The notes under the pieces are model-generated. The model worked only from the letters and a program-made list of their open reading frames with translations, was not told where the DNA came from and made no database searches. This document shows positions 1 through 8,799 of a DNA stretch of 64,000 nt, in pieces. Within the stretch, counting starts at the first letter, position 1. Each line of letters starts with the position of its first letter. Source of the DNA: Anaerolineae bacterium (lineage in GTDB: Bacteria > Chloroflexota > Anaerolineae > Epilineales > JAANWY01); NCBI GenBank assembly GCA_046753605.1, contig JBHHTZ010000001.1, positions 1,244-65,243 of the forward strand. The letters are read 5' to 3'. Position numbers and translations under genes: made by a program.

Positions 1-58
1 ACTCTTGCGAAACCGTACACGGACGTGGTAGTGATATACTCGCCCCAGAGAGGCAACA

Positions 59-490
59 ATGTCAGGACAACTCGCACCGGAATACCGGAAAAACTACATC
101 CTTGGCGGCAACGCGACCGTCACCCTGGTGAGCAAGCGCACGGACGACCACTTCACCTACCGTGTGCGGCGAGCCAAGACCCGTGAAGGGCAGAACGAGG
201 CCGACGTGCCGCTGTTCGTCTCGGTGCTCACCGGCCCCGACAACCAGCGCGACTACCAGTTCATCGGCACGATCTTCCCCGATGGCACGTACCGTTACAG
301 CTACAAGAGCCAGCTGTCCACGGACGCGCCGAGCGTGAAGGCCTGGGACTGGACCTGGCACAACCTGAACACCGACCGGGTAGAAGTCTGGCATTCGGGA
401 ATGTGTTCCCGTTGCGGGCGCGAACTGACCGACCCGGAGTCCATCGCACGCGGCCTCGGTCCTACTTGTGCCGAACGCATGGAGGGATAG
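59..490 (+). CDS. Hypothetical protein with C-terminal Cys4 zinc-ribbon-like motif
   Basis: 143-aa ORF immediately upstream of the helicase and co-oriented with it; CxRCG...GPTC motif. Confidence 0.5.
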   Translation: MSGQLAPEYRKNYILGGNATVTLVSKRTDDHFTYRVRRAKTREGQNEADVPLFVSVLTGPDNQRDYQFIGTIFPDGTYRYSYKSQLSTDAPSVKAWDWTWHNLNTDRVEVWHSGMCSRCGRELTDPESIARGLGPTCAERMEG

Positions 491-2827
491 ATGCCAAACG
501 GCTTTGATGAATTCGACGAACTGACCGGAAGCCGACCCCCCGAGAGCGAGGAAGAGCGCCGCAAGGGCACCGTCAAGAAGATCATCTACGAGCGCGCGGG
601 TACGAACTTCAAAATCATCCAGATGGAACTGGAAGACGGCAGCAAGGATGTCTGGCTGGGCGCGTTCGACGTGGGCGAGGACGCCGAGATAGAGAAGGGG
701 GACGTCCTCGAAGCCATCGGCCACCGCTCCTACTCCCCTCGAGGAGACGAGCAGTTCAGGGTCACAGACCTTGTGACCTACCTGCCGGGCTCGAAGGGCG
801 GACTGGTCACCTGGCTGATGTCGCGCCTGCCTGACATCGGCCAGAAGCGCGCAGCCGCGCTGGCCAAGGAGTTCCCGGGCGAGCAGCTGTTCTCGGTCAT
901 GGCCGACCACCCCGACCAGCTGACGCGCGTCTCGGGCATCACTGAGGAGCGCGCCCAGAAGATTCACGAGGTCTACAAAGAGTTCGCCTACAAGGCCAAC
1001 ACCGTGATCAAGATGGTGGACCTGGGCCTGGGCTGGATAAAAGTCACCCGAGCCATCAAAGCTCTCGGAGTCGAAGACTTCAAACGCGCTATCCGTGAGG
1101 ACGCCTACTATCTAGTCGACCAGCCCGGATGGAGCTTCAACTACATCGACAAGTGGTCGACGAAAAAGAAGAACAACCCCTACCACATGGAGACGGACGA
1201 CCCCAGGCGCATCCGCGCGAAGATACGCGATGTGCTCGAAGTGCTTGCAGCGGCCGGCAGCTTCGACTGGGACCGCGAAGGTGGCGACTGCTATCTGATG
1301 CCCAGGACGGTGGGACATCTCTGCCGTACCGAGGGTTGGATCTCCGACCCCCGACGGAGAGCGGTCGGCCCCTACGCTCCCGAGCAGATCGCCGAGATTC
1401 TGAAAGAGAGCCCCTACCTGGCCGTACGCACACACGCGCTGTTCCTGGCCGATATCGACGCGGCCGAGCGCGAGGTGGCCGACGTCCTTCGTGGACGCGC
1501 AGTAAACGAACCCGTACAGCCCATACCACTTCCGACCCGCAAGTTCCGGCTCGACCCGAACCAGGAGCTGGCCGCCTCGGCGCTCGTGCAACTTCCGGTG
1601 GCCTGCATGACCGGAGGACCGGGTACGGGCAAGACGACCACCCTGCGCACGGCCCTGGACGCCATGTCCGCGCGCGGAGAGACGCTGGCCCTGGCCAGCT
1701 TCACCGGCAAGGCCGCCAGGCGGATGGGCCAGGCCACCGGCCGGCCGGCGAGCACCATCCACCGGATGCTGGAATGGACACCCACCGGGTTCAAGCGCAA
1801 CCAGGAGAACCCCATCGAGGCTGACGTGGTGGTCATCGACGAGGCCTCGATGGTCGATATCCGCATGGCTTCGCATCTGGTGGAGGCGCTGTCCGCGCAC
1901 ACGCGCCTGCTGCTGGTCGGCGACAGCAACCAGCTGCCCCCGGTCGGCCCCGGGCAGCCTTTCACGGACGTGCTGCGTGCTCGACGGGGCGAGGACTACG
2001 TGGTGCCCGTGTTCATGCTGACCACCACGCACCGACAGGCCGGCGAGAACTGGGTCATCGACAACGCCCCTCGTATCATCAACAAGATGATGCCGAGCCT
2101 GGACCCCGTCGAGAGCCCCGACGGGGACTTCCGCTTCTACCAGGCCAGGACTACCAATGACATCGTACAGCTGGTCGTAGGAGCGTACCGGCGTGCGCGT
2201 GAGCGCGGGGACGAACAGCAGCTGCAGGTGTTGACCCCCATGCGCAAGCCCGACCCCAGGGCCACCGCGCACACCATCAACCTGGAAGTGCAGAAGGCTC
2301 TGAACCCCAATAGCGGCTCGGACGACAAAAGCCGGTACTTCGACGGAGGGTTCAACGAGAAGGCACAGCGTTACCGGATCTACGTAGAAGACAAAGTCAT
2401 CTTTACTCACAATATGCCCAATCTAGGCCTATCGAACGGCGACACAGGCGTCGTGACAAAGATCTACATGGACAATAAGAACGCTTCCGAGTCTTTCGCC
2501 GAGGTTCGGTTCGATGGCCTGGAAGACGAAGAGCATCCCGACGGCGTCTACACCCTGAACGGCGAGCACTTCCAGCACGTAGACCTGGCCTACGCCATGA
2601 CGGTCCACAAGGCCCAGGGCAGCGAGTGGGAGAACGTCCTGTTCATTGCTGACGCAGCCCAGAGTCGTATGCTCAAACGGCAGCTGTTCTACACGGCCGT
2701 CACCCGCACCAGCAAGAACCTGCGCATCCTTGGTACCGTCGAGGGTGTGCGCGCCGCAGTAAACAGCGAGATGTCAAACAACCGCTGGACGAAACTCACC
2801 GACCGCCTGCTCGGCGTTCCGGTCTAA
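491..2827 (+). CDS. RecD/Dda-like SF1 DNA helicase
   Basis: Walker A GGPGTGKTT, Walker B VVVIDEASMV, motif III LLLVGDSNQLPP, motif V AMTVHKAQGSEWENV, motif VI YTAVTR; HhH-like N-terminal region. Confidence 0.85.
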   Translation: MPNGFDEFDELTGSRPPESEEERRKGTVKKIIYERAGTNFKIIQMELEDGSKDVWLGAFDVGEDAEIEKGDVLEAIGHRSYSPRGDEQFRVTDLVTYLPGSKGGLVTWLMSRLPDIGQKRAAALAKEFPGEQLFSVMADHPDQLTRVSGITEERAQKIHEVYKEFAYKANTVIKMVDLGLGWIKVTRAIKALGVEDFKRAIREDAYYLVDQPGWSFNYIDKWSTKKKNNPYHMETDDPRRIRAKIRDVLEVLAAAGSFDWDREGGDCYLMPRTVGHLCRTEGWISDPRRRAVGPYAPEQIAEILKESPYLAVRTHALFLADIDAAEREVADVLRGRAVNEPVQPIPLPTRKFRLDPNQELAASALVQLPVACMTGGPGTGKTTTLRTALDAMSARGETLALASFTGKAARRMGQATGRPASTIHRMLEWTPTGFKRNQENPIEADVVVIDEASMVDIRMASHLVEALSAHTRLLLVGDSNQLPPVGPGQPFTDVLRARRGEDYVVPVFMLTTTHRQAGENWVIDNAPRIINKMMPSLDPVESPDGDFRFYQARTTNDIVQLVVGAYRRARERGDEQQLQVLTPMRKPDPRATAHTINLEVQKALNPNSGSDDKSRYFDGGFNEKAQRYRIYVEDKVIFTHNMPNLGLSNGDTGVVTKIYMDNKNASESFAEVRFDGLEDEEHPDGVYTLNGEHFQHVDLAYAMTVHKAQGSEWENVLFIADAAQSRMLKRQLFYTAVTRTSKNLRILGTVEGVRAAVNSEMSNNRWTKLTDRLLGVPV

Positions 2828-2837
2828 TAGGTAGAAC

Positions 2838-3245
2838 ATGGCCCCCATCAAGCCCGATCAGATACTGCGCGAACTAATAGCAGCCGCCTTCGAGTGGCAG
2901 AAGACCAAGCAGGACTTGCTCTCCGTATCCGAAAAGAAGTCCAAGTACTCCGAAGACGAGATGGCCAAGTTCGAGAAGGCCCTGGCCAAGGTCCGCAAGC
3001 GACACCTGCAGGCCGTCAAGCGCCTGGACTACGCGGTGACGGGCTTCTCGAAGATACCCGTGGCCATGCGCAAGAAGAGCACCAAGCCTGTCAACTGGAA
3101 GAAGCTGCTCGACAGCATGGCGGCCGCCACTGGCGCGCTGTCCCGGGCCACCGACAAGCAAGGCTTCATCGGTGGCGCTACCAAGGACAGCACCGGATTA
3201 CCACCTATCGACATGTCGAAGGTGATCGACGTTACCGAAGACTAG
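2838..3245 (+). CDS. Hypothetical protein
   Basis: 135-aa ORF, 10 nt after the helicase stop, co-oriented. Confidence 0.5.
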   Translation: MAPIKPDQILRELIAAAFEWQKTKQDLLSVSEKKSKYSEDEMAKFEKALAKVRKRHLQAVKRLDYAVTGFSKIPVAMRKKSTKPVNWKKLLDSMAAATGALSRATDKQGFIGGATKDSTGLPPIDMSKVIDVTED

Positions 3246-3478
3246 GTCGGCGGGCTCGGGTACGGGTACGCCGCCCGCATAAACTGGTTGATCTTCTCTT
3301 CGGTCAATCTCATGCGCTGCAGCGTCTGCGAAGTCGTCTCGGAGGGCGAGCCCACGCGCACGGCCTCGTTCACGACCGCCTGGATCTCGGGGTCCGACTT
3401 GCCCTTGGCTCGCTTGATCTCTCGCTGCGCATGAAAAATGCGCATCCCCTTGGGTACGGTATTTTGAAGTATTCCCAT
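3242..3478 (-). CDS. Small hypothetical protein
   Basis: 78-aa ORF convergent with 2838..3245; protein-like composition. Confidence 0.3.
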   Translation of the reverse strand: MGILQNTVPKGMRIFHAQREIKRAKGKSDPEIQAVVNEAVRVGSPSETTSQTLQRMRLTEEKINQFMRAAYPYPSPPT

Positions 3479-3523
3479 AATCGGTCCTCCAAGGGCAGTG
3501 TGCCCCGGCTGTGATCACCCAGA

Positions 3524-3805
3524 CTACCCCAGACGACCACTGACTTTCAAGCGCCGCACGGCCCGCTCGATGAGCAGGTCGAGCCCCAGGCCGGTTACCG
3601 GGACGCACCACCCAGGAACCCATCCCAGGAACGCCGAGACGGCCAGGCGCTTTCTCTGAGCCCCTGTAAGCCCCCCTGTGTCCCTTCTCAGCTTGGATTC
3701 CAGCTCCGCTACCTGAACCGCGCGCTCGGCAATCTCGTACTGGACCGTCCTGCGATACCACCATGCCCCCAGCGCCAGAAGCGCCAGGAGCGCCCCCGAG
3801 GTCAT
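3524..3805 (-). CDS. Small membrane protein (two predicted TM helices)
   Basis: ORF 3524..4075 trimmed to the Met at about 3805 whose ATG overlaps the upstream stop; hydrophobic ALLALLALGAWWY and AFLGWVPGWCVPV segments. Confidence 0.4.
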   Translation of the reverse strand: MTSGALLALLALGAWWYRRTVQYEIAERAVQVAELESKLRRDTGGLTGAQRKRLAVSAFLGWVPGWCVPVTGLGLDLLIERAVRRLKVSGRLG

Positions 3806-4605
3806 GTCGAAGGGGCCTCGGTCGGTTTGCCCGTTTTCAACAACGCTGCGCCGGCCAGGCCCATCGCCAGGCCGATGGCCAGCCAGATGGGATTGCCCTT
3901 CTGCGGCGGCTGTGGCGGCCGCGGAAGCACCCCCAGGCCGCCGCTCTTGGGATAGGCCTTGCGGGCCTTGGTGAGGATGGGGGCGTTCATATAGAAGAAC
4001 TGTGGATCCCAACCCTCCTCCTCGCCGCCCTCGGCCTGCTCCCGCATCCCGAGCTGGTATGGCCACTTCTTGCACGCCTCGTTGCTGATCTTCATCGCCT
4101 GCTGCACGTCCTTGACCGGCACGAGATAACCAGGCTCTTTCTGCCGGATGCAGAACCGCAGGTTTGGTTTGCCCTTCACCCAGACGAGCTGCACCGGGCA
4201 GGCCGAGCGATCAGACTCACAGGGCTGCCTCTTGGCCTTGCACCGCTCGTCGTAGACCTGCAGGTCTTCAGAACACACGTTACCCTCATCAGGAGGACAA
4301 CGACCGCCAGTGAACTTCTTTTCAATCTTGGTATATACTGTTCGGCCCTTGGCCTCGACCTTGGCGTCCCTTTTGACTTTACTACACCTCGATTTTCCAT
4401 CGTCAGTGGTGTAGCAGTACTTGGATATCTGTTTTTCAAAACACCCCAGCTTCCGGCGCTCTTTAGCCGGTAGCGTTTCCTTGATTGCGCTCGGCGTCGT
4501 ATACCGGAAACCTGGGTGATCGAAGACGTCCACGGAGAACAACTTCGCGGGAGTTCTCTCCTCGAACAGCTTTACCTTCTCCTCGAACGTCTCTCGTCTT
4601 GACAC
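3802..4605 (-). CDS. Cys-rich hypothetical protein with C-terminal TM anchor
   Basis: 267-aa ORF with many Cys and a C-terminal hydrophobic helix AIGLAMGLAGAALL. Confidence 0.55.
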   Translation of the reverse strand: MSRRETFEEKVKLFEERTPAKLFSVDVFDHPGFRYTTPSAIKETLPAKERRKLGCFEKQISKYCYTTDDGKSRCSKVKRDAKVEAKGRTVYTKIEKKFTGGRCPPDEGNVCSEDLQVYDERCKAKRQPCESDRSACPVQLVWVKGKPNLRFCIRQKEPGYLVPVKDVQQAMKISNEACKKWPYQLGMREQAEGGEEEGWDPQFFYMNAPILTKARKAYPKSGGLGVLPRPPQPPQKGNPIWLAIGLAMGLAGAALLKTGKPTEAPST

Positions 4606-4612
4606 ATCCGCC

Positions 4613-5905
4613 TCACAGATGAAGGGTGTAGTTTACTGCCTTGTTGTACTGAAGCCAGCACTCGCGGCATCCTTCTTCGCCCCCTCCTGGTCCTTCTGAG
4701 TCGCTGTCTGCTCCCCGGCAGCTCGGGCCGAACTTGACAGCGTAAGCTCTACAATCCCAGTCGAAGTCCTGGCCCTCGGCCGTCTCTTTCGTCTCTTTGT
4801 CGAAAACCGTGGTGGGCGCGGCCCAACCGTCCAGATCAATGAACGGGCCGTGCTGGTTGATGTGATAGGCGCTCGGTCGGATCTGGAAGTTGTCCCAGGT
4901 CGGCTTGCCCTTCACGGAAATACCGTTGACACGATTGACAAGCTGTATGCGGTGCTTCCCCTCGGCCCAGATGCGTGTCGGAGCCCAGAAGTAGATCGGA
5001 TTCGGGTGCCCGTCCCCTGGTTGCTCGATAACCACCTCGTCATCGGCCGAGTCAGCGAAACGCAGCTTCTCGCCGCCAAAGTACGGATGATAATACAACG
5101 TAATCTTCTTCCATTGCGCGAGATAGGCTGCATGGAAAAAATCCCCGCTGTCATGCAACCTGAAGAACCGCTTGCCCAAGTACTGTTTGGGTTCCTTGTA
5201 CAACTTGAAGTCGGCAGCGTCGATGGCATCGAGCATGACCGAATAGAACTCCGACACCCCAGGCATGTGACCTGGGCGCTTGACTGCTCGCCTGGCCCAG
5301 GCGAAGCGCATGAGCTGGGCGTTCTGCACGACACTGGTAGAGTACTTGCCGCCCTCCGCATAACAGAACTCGCAGATCGTCTGAGCCACGTTTACTCGTT
5401 CTACCTTGAACAGCTCGCGGCCTCCCTGGTACTTGTTGAGCAACGGCACCAACTTCTTCGCCTGGCTCTCGCGCGACTCGGGAGACGAGGTTGTCTGCCC
5501 TGCAGTGGCCCCGGGACACGCCCCGCCCATTGCCGGCGCTCCGGCCGGCAGAGAAAAGCTCGGGGCTCCCATTTTCGTCGTCCAGCCGAGGATCGTCGTC
5601 TTCTTCGCCCCTCCCAAGGGGCTCCAGGCGGGGCCCCGCGGCGGGTGGCTGATGGCGATGACGGGCTCGTCGTTCTTACCGTAGGCGATCCATATCGTCC
5701 GACCCTGTATCTGCAGGACCAGCGCCTTGCGAACCCAGGCCGTATTCAACAGGCCGGCGTGCGCCTCATTGGCTATCTCCTGGGGAGTCGGGCACACCTT
5801 ATCCGCGCCCAGGCCGGCCAGACCCTCACTGGTGCAGCGCCAGTATTCTCGCTGCTCCTCGGTATTCTCGCCGTCTCGGGCCAGGTGCGGTTTGATGGCT
5901 GCCAT
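4613..5905 (-). CDS. Hypothetical protein, possibly phage Gp37/Gp68 (DUF5131)-like
   Basis: 430-aa ORF; CEFCYAEGG and LHDSGDFFH motifs resemble the CxxCYA and SDLFH signatures of the DUF5131 family (recalled from memory, not searched). Confidence 0.5.
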   Translation of the reverse strand: MAAIKPHLARDGENTEEQREYWRCTSEGLAGLGADKVCPTPQEIANEAHAGLLNTAWVRKALVLQIQGRTIWIAYGKNDEPVIAISHPPRGPAWSPLGGAKKTTILGWTTKMGAPSFSLPAGAPAMGGACPGATAGQTTSSPESRESQAKKLVPLLNKYQGGRELFKVERVNVAQTICEFCYAEGGKYSTSVVQNAQLMRFAWARRAVKRPGHMPGVSEFYSVMLDAIDAADFKLYKEPKQYLGKRFFRLHDSGDFFHAAYLAQWKKITLYYHPYFGGEKLRFADSADDEVVIEQPGDGHPNPIYFWAPTRIWAEGKHRIQLVNRVNGISVKGKPTWDNFQIRPSAYHINQHGPFIDLDGWAAPTTVFDKETKETAEGQDFDWDCRAYAVKFGPSCRGADSDSEGPGGGEEGCRECWLQYNKAVNYTLHL

Positions 5906-6243
5906 TACAGACCCGCTTGAATGAGCTTGCTGTAGTACTTGGGGTGTTCCCGAAGGTGGTCGATGGCTATCTTTCGGGCCTGGGCCGGGTCGGTGGTGTG
6001 CTCCATCTCGACCTCGATGCCCCGCTGCAACTGCCAGGGGTCCGCCCCCGTATCGCTGTAGATGCGGTCGTACAACCGAGCCTGGGTCATGTAGTTGGCC
6101 CCGTTGTAAAACACCGTCAAGGCCCCCAACGTCATGAGCAAACCGCCGAAAATAGGCTCATTATCGGCGAGCCTGCGGCCGCTCCAGAAAAACACTGGAC
6201 CGACCACGAAGACATCCAGCAGCCTGACACCCTGACCCTTCAT
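5905..6243 (-). CDS. Small membrane protein
   Basis: 112-aa ORF with two hydrophobic segments; start overlaps the upstream stop. Confidence 0.45.
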   Translation of the reverse strand: MKGQGVRLLDVFVVGPVFFWSGRRLADNEPIFGGLLMTLGALTVFYNGANYMTQARLYDRIYSDTGADPWQLQRGIEVEMEHTTDPAQARKIAIDHLREHPKYYSKLIQAGL

Positions 6244-6276
6244 CTCCTCGATAGTAGATCAGCCGGCCCTGAACGT

Positions 6277-6564
6277 CTACCCCTGCTCTCCCGGGGGGTG
6301 AATGACACCGCCAGAAGGTTTTTCTGCCGGCGGAAACCCCTCTCGCTCTCTTCTACGGTCTTCCACACACCCGTCACACTTACAGTTGCCGCACTCGCAG
6401 ATCTCGACAGGGATGCGACCGCCCTCGTAGGGAATCTTGCCCAGGCAGACAGGACACCTTTTCATGAAGGTTCTACCCCAACCTACACGGTAGGCGTCAT
6501 TCACTGACGTCGTCTGTATCTTGCTCATGGTGTTCCTGGCTTTTCGGCTTTCTAGTAGTCCCAC
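6277..6564 (-). CDS. Small zinc-finger protein
   Basis: 95-aa ORF with CPVC...CECGNCKCDGC cysteine cluster. Confidence 0.45.
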   Translation of the reverse strand: MGLLESRKARNTMSKIQTTSVNDAYRVGWGRTFMKRCPVCLGKIPYEGGRIPVEICECGNCKCDGCVEDRRREREGFPPAEKPSGGVIHPPGEQG

Positions 6565-6848
6565 CAGCTCAACCCGGTAGCGAGTCGCTGTTCCAGCTGC
6601 TCCCAGTTTTCGTACTCACAACGCACTGCCAGGCGGTGTCCCTTGTGCCTCTCCAACCAGTCGAAATCGATGTAGCCGCCCCCGACACGTACGGTCGCTT
6701 CCATCCTGTTTTTCACGGCCTCGTAAAACGTCACGAACGCTTCCAGGTTGTCCAGCACGTTCTGCAGGTCGTCCTCGTCGCGGATGTCCCGCTGCTCGTG
6801 CATGTCGCACTCGCAGTCGCGGCAGGCTATCTCGAAGTAGGTGCTCAT
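6552..6848 (-). CDS. Hypothetical protein
   Basis: 98-aa ORF with CRDCECDMHE motif, co-oriented. Confidence 0.45.
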   Translation of the reverse strand: MSTYFEIACRDCECDMHEQRDIRDEDDLQNVLDNLEAFVTFYEAVKNRMEATVRVGGGYIDFDWLERHKGHRLAVRCEYENWEQLEQRLATGLSWWDY

Positions 6849-6849
6849 T

Positions 6850-7038
6850 CTACATCGTGAAGGCGTTCTGCCTCACCGCCTGGTATATCGTGTTCACGCG
6901 TCCGGCGCAGCTGATATCGAGTGGCTCTTCCATCTCCATCAGCATCTTGAGGCCCATGATGTACTCCCGGTCGTTCTCATCGAAGATCAAAGAATCGTTG
7001 TAGGATAGCTCTAATATGCGAATCCGCATACTGGCCAT
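6850..7038 (-). CDS. Small hypothetical protein (start trimmed to an internal Met)
   Basis: ORF 6850..7158 trimmed to MASMRIRILEL to avoid a 76-nt overlap with the next gene. Confidence 0.3.
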   Translation of the reverse strand: MASMRIRILELSYNDSLIFDENDREYIMGLKMLMEMEEPLDISCAGRVNTIYQAVRQNAFTM

Positions 7039-7082
7039 GACGTCTTCGGGAGTGGGCGCAGGCTTCGAGACGTTCGGGTTGT

Positions 7083-7373
7083 TCACGGTTTTTCTCCTTT
7101 CGTATCCGCAATCTGGAGCTTCAGCGCCGTTAGATACATTCCCGGCAAGTTGTCCCATATATTGTCCATCACGTCCTGCAACGGCATCTGGGCTCCGGCC
7201 GTACGGTACGCAATGAAGGACTCGGCCGCAAGCAACGCCACGGCCGTGCTGTTCTCGACCGACTGCATGATCAGCTTCTGGGACAGCTCTTGCGCTTCCC
7301 TCACAATCCGATCACGCTCTTCTGGGCTCGGAGTTGACGCCGGAGCCGTGAGAACGGGCGGTTCGTTCGACAT
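7083..7373 (-). CDS. Hypothetical protein divergent from the HTH regulator
   Basis: ORF 7083..7568 trimmed to the Met at MSNEPP; sits on the opposite strand from the XRE-type gene, as in a lysogeny-switch arrangement. Confidence 0.45.
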   Translation of the reverse strand: MSNEPPVLTAPASTPSPEERDRIVREAQELSQKLIMQSVENSTAVALLAAESFIAYRTAGAQMPLQDVMDNIWDNLPGMYLTALKLQIADTKGEKP

Positions 7374-7394
7374 GGAGCCTATTGTACACAGATC

Positions 7395-7408
7395 TTGCAC
7401 TATCGCAA
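7395..7408. promoter_or_regulatory. Palindrome TTGCACTATCGCAA between the divergent genes; candidate operator
   Basis: TTGC-N6-GCAA inverted repeat 23-36 nt upstream of the HTH gene ATG. Confidence 0.35.
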
Positions 7409-7430
7409 GCGTATTGCTACTCTCCCCCTC

Positions 7431-7631
7431 ATGCCCAATTTTCAGACGTGGTTTCGAGAGACGCGAGAGAAGAAGAAGCTCACGCAAACCCAGGCGGCCG
7501 AGCAGCTTCGGTTGACCTCCCCGACGATCAGCCGCTGGGAAACCGGCACCGAGCCCCGGGCCAATCATCTGCCTAGGATCTGCAGGTGGGCTCCGATCAA
7601 GGCTGACAAGCTCATGGAGCTGCTGGGGTAG
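7431..7631 (+). CDS. XRE-family helix-turn-helix transcriptional regulator (Cro/CI-like)
   Basis: LTQTQAAEQLRLTSPTISRWETG is a typical HTH_3 motif; ATG at 7431 preferred over the TTG at 7395. Confidence 0.7.
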   Translation: MPNFQTWFRETREKKKLTQTQAAEQLRLTSPTISRWETGTEPRANHLPRICRWAPIKADKLMELLG

Positions 7632-8236
7632 TGGGGGCCCACAAGAACAAGGAAGAGCGGACCCACCAGGAGCTGTATTGCCAGTGGTTGACGCCCCCCT
7701 CCGTCGCCGAGCAGTTCCTGGCCTGGTGCCGCCTCGGAGCTGAAGACGTCCTTCTCGAACCCGCGGCCGGCGAGGGCGCGCTCATCCCCGAGGATCACGC
7801 CCAGGTGATGGCCTTCGAGATTGACCCCGACCGCTGTGTGGAACTCAGGAACAACCGCCCGCTGGCCACGGTGGTCTGCGCCGATTTTTTGTCCGTCCCC
7901 GTGCCCGAGCGACCTGTGGCCGACGTGGCTATCCAGAATCCCCCATACATCGACGACGGCGAGGGGATCTTCATCGAGCGCGCGTTGCACTGGGCTCCGC
8001 GCGTGTGCGCGCTCATCCGCCTGGAAGCTCTACACGGCAAGGACCGCTACGCCCAGTGCTGGCAGCACGTGCAGCTTACACGCCTGGCCATTCTGGTGCG
8101 CCGGCCGCGCTACCTGGGCCCGTACGGGGCGCGCACCAAACACTCGCCGCAGTACAGCTACGCGGCGCTGGAGGCGGTGCCGGCCAACAGCCAGCAGGTC
8201 TGCCAGGTGGAGACAAGCTGGGTACATTGGAAGTAA
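7631..8236 (+). CDS. DNA methyltransferase (N6-adenine or N4-cytosine, NPPY type)
   Basis: Motif I LEPAAGEGAL followed by motif IV NPPY; small protein with no adjacent endonuclease, so probably an orphan phage methyltransferase. Confidence 0.7.
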   Translation: MGAHKNKEERTHQELYCQWLTPPSVAEQFLAWCRLGAEDVLLEPAAGEGALIPEDHAQVMAFEIDPDRCVELRNNRPLATVVCADFLSVPVPERPVADVAIQNPPYIDDGEGIFIERALHWAPRVCALIRLEALHGKDRYAQCWQHVQLTRLAILVRRPRYLGPYGARTKHSPQYSYAALEAVPANSQQVCQVETSWVHWK

Positions 8237-8243
8237 GGTGAAA

Positions 8244-8561
8244 ATGCCCCAACCTGTTCCGTATGTAGTTATACGTTGCCCACGCTGCAAGAAACGCTCG
8301 CTCAAGATAACCAAGCACCAGTACAACAGGTTCGTCTGCGGTGGTAGCTCTTCTGTCTGCGACGCCTACGACGGCCAATGCTGGAACTGCGACTTCCCCT
8401 TACCTGAAGGCTCTCGTGCCTATGTTGAAAAACACAAAACATTCAACGAAGACGGGTTCGTCGAAGCAACCGTTTCAGAGCACGGTAAATACGTAAGCCC
8501 CGAAGCCGAACATATTTTTCTCAACCTGCAGAACGTCTGCCCGCGCCTTTCGACGGTGTGA
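8244..8561 (+). CDS. Zinc-ribbon hypothetical protein
   Basis: ORF 7821..8561 trimmed to MPQPVPYVV with RBS aaggtgaaaatg; CPRC...C...CWNC motif. Confidence 0.45.
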   Translation: MPQPVPYVVIRCPRCKKRSLKITKHQYNRFVCGGSSSVCDAYDGQCWNCDFPLPEGSRAYVEKHKTFNEDGFVEATVSEHGKYVSPEAEHIFLNLQNVCPRLSTV

Positions 8562-8589
8562 TCCCCTTGGGTGCAAACGGCTGGTGAAG

Positions 8590-8793
8590 TTAGAGCTTCA
8601 CGCCCTTTCGCTTGAGCATCGAGACTAAGTTCTTGATAGCTCGCACATCCGATGGCGTGGACGAACAGAACACCGGCCCACCTGGAGCCATGACGCAGAT
8701 ATGCGCCGCTTTCTTCTTGGTCTTGGTCTTGATCGTAACCTTCTTCTTCTTCAGTCGCTTTACGACCCTTTTGATGTCTTTTCTCGGTGGCAT
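8590..8793 (-). CDS. Small lysine-rich basic protein
   Basis: 67-aa ORF with KRLKKKKVTIKTKTKKK. Confidence 0.35.
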   Translation of the reverse strand: MPPRKDIKRVVKRLKKKKVTIKTKTKKKAAHICVMAPGGPVFCSSTPSDVRAIKNLVSMLKRKGVKL

Positions 8794-8799
8794 CCTGTC

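Noticed and set aside
62-2410. Long minus-strand ORFs (62..967, 1112..2410) overlapping the helicase gene
   Set aside because: High-GC shadow ORFs with Arg/Gly/Ala-rich nonsense-like translations lie antisense to a gene with clear helicase motifs.
2894-3514. 206-aa Arg-rich plus-strand ORF
   Set aside because: It is an alternative frame over 2838..3245 and 3242..3478 and its product is low-complexity Arg/Gly.
7395-7430. TTG start for the HTH regulator at 7395
   Set aside because: It would place the operator-like palindrome inside the coding region. The ATG at 7431 gives a typical 66-aa Cro-like protein.
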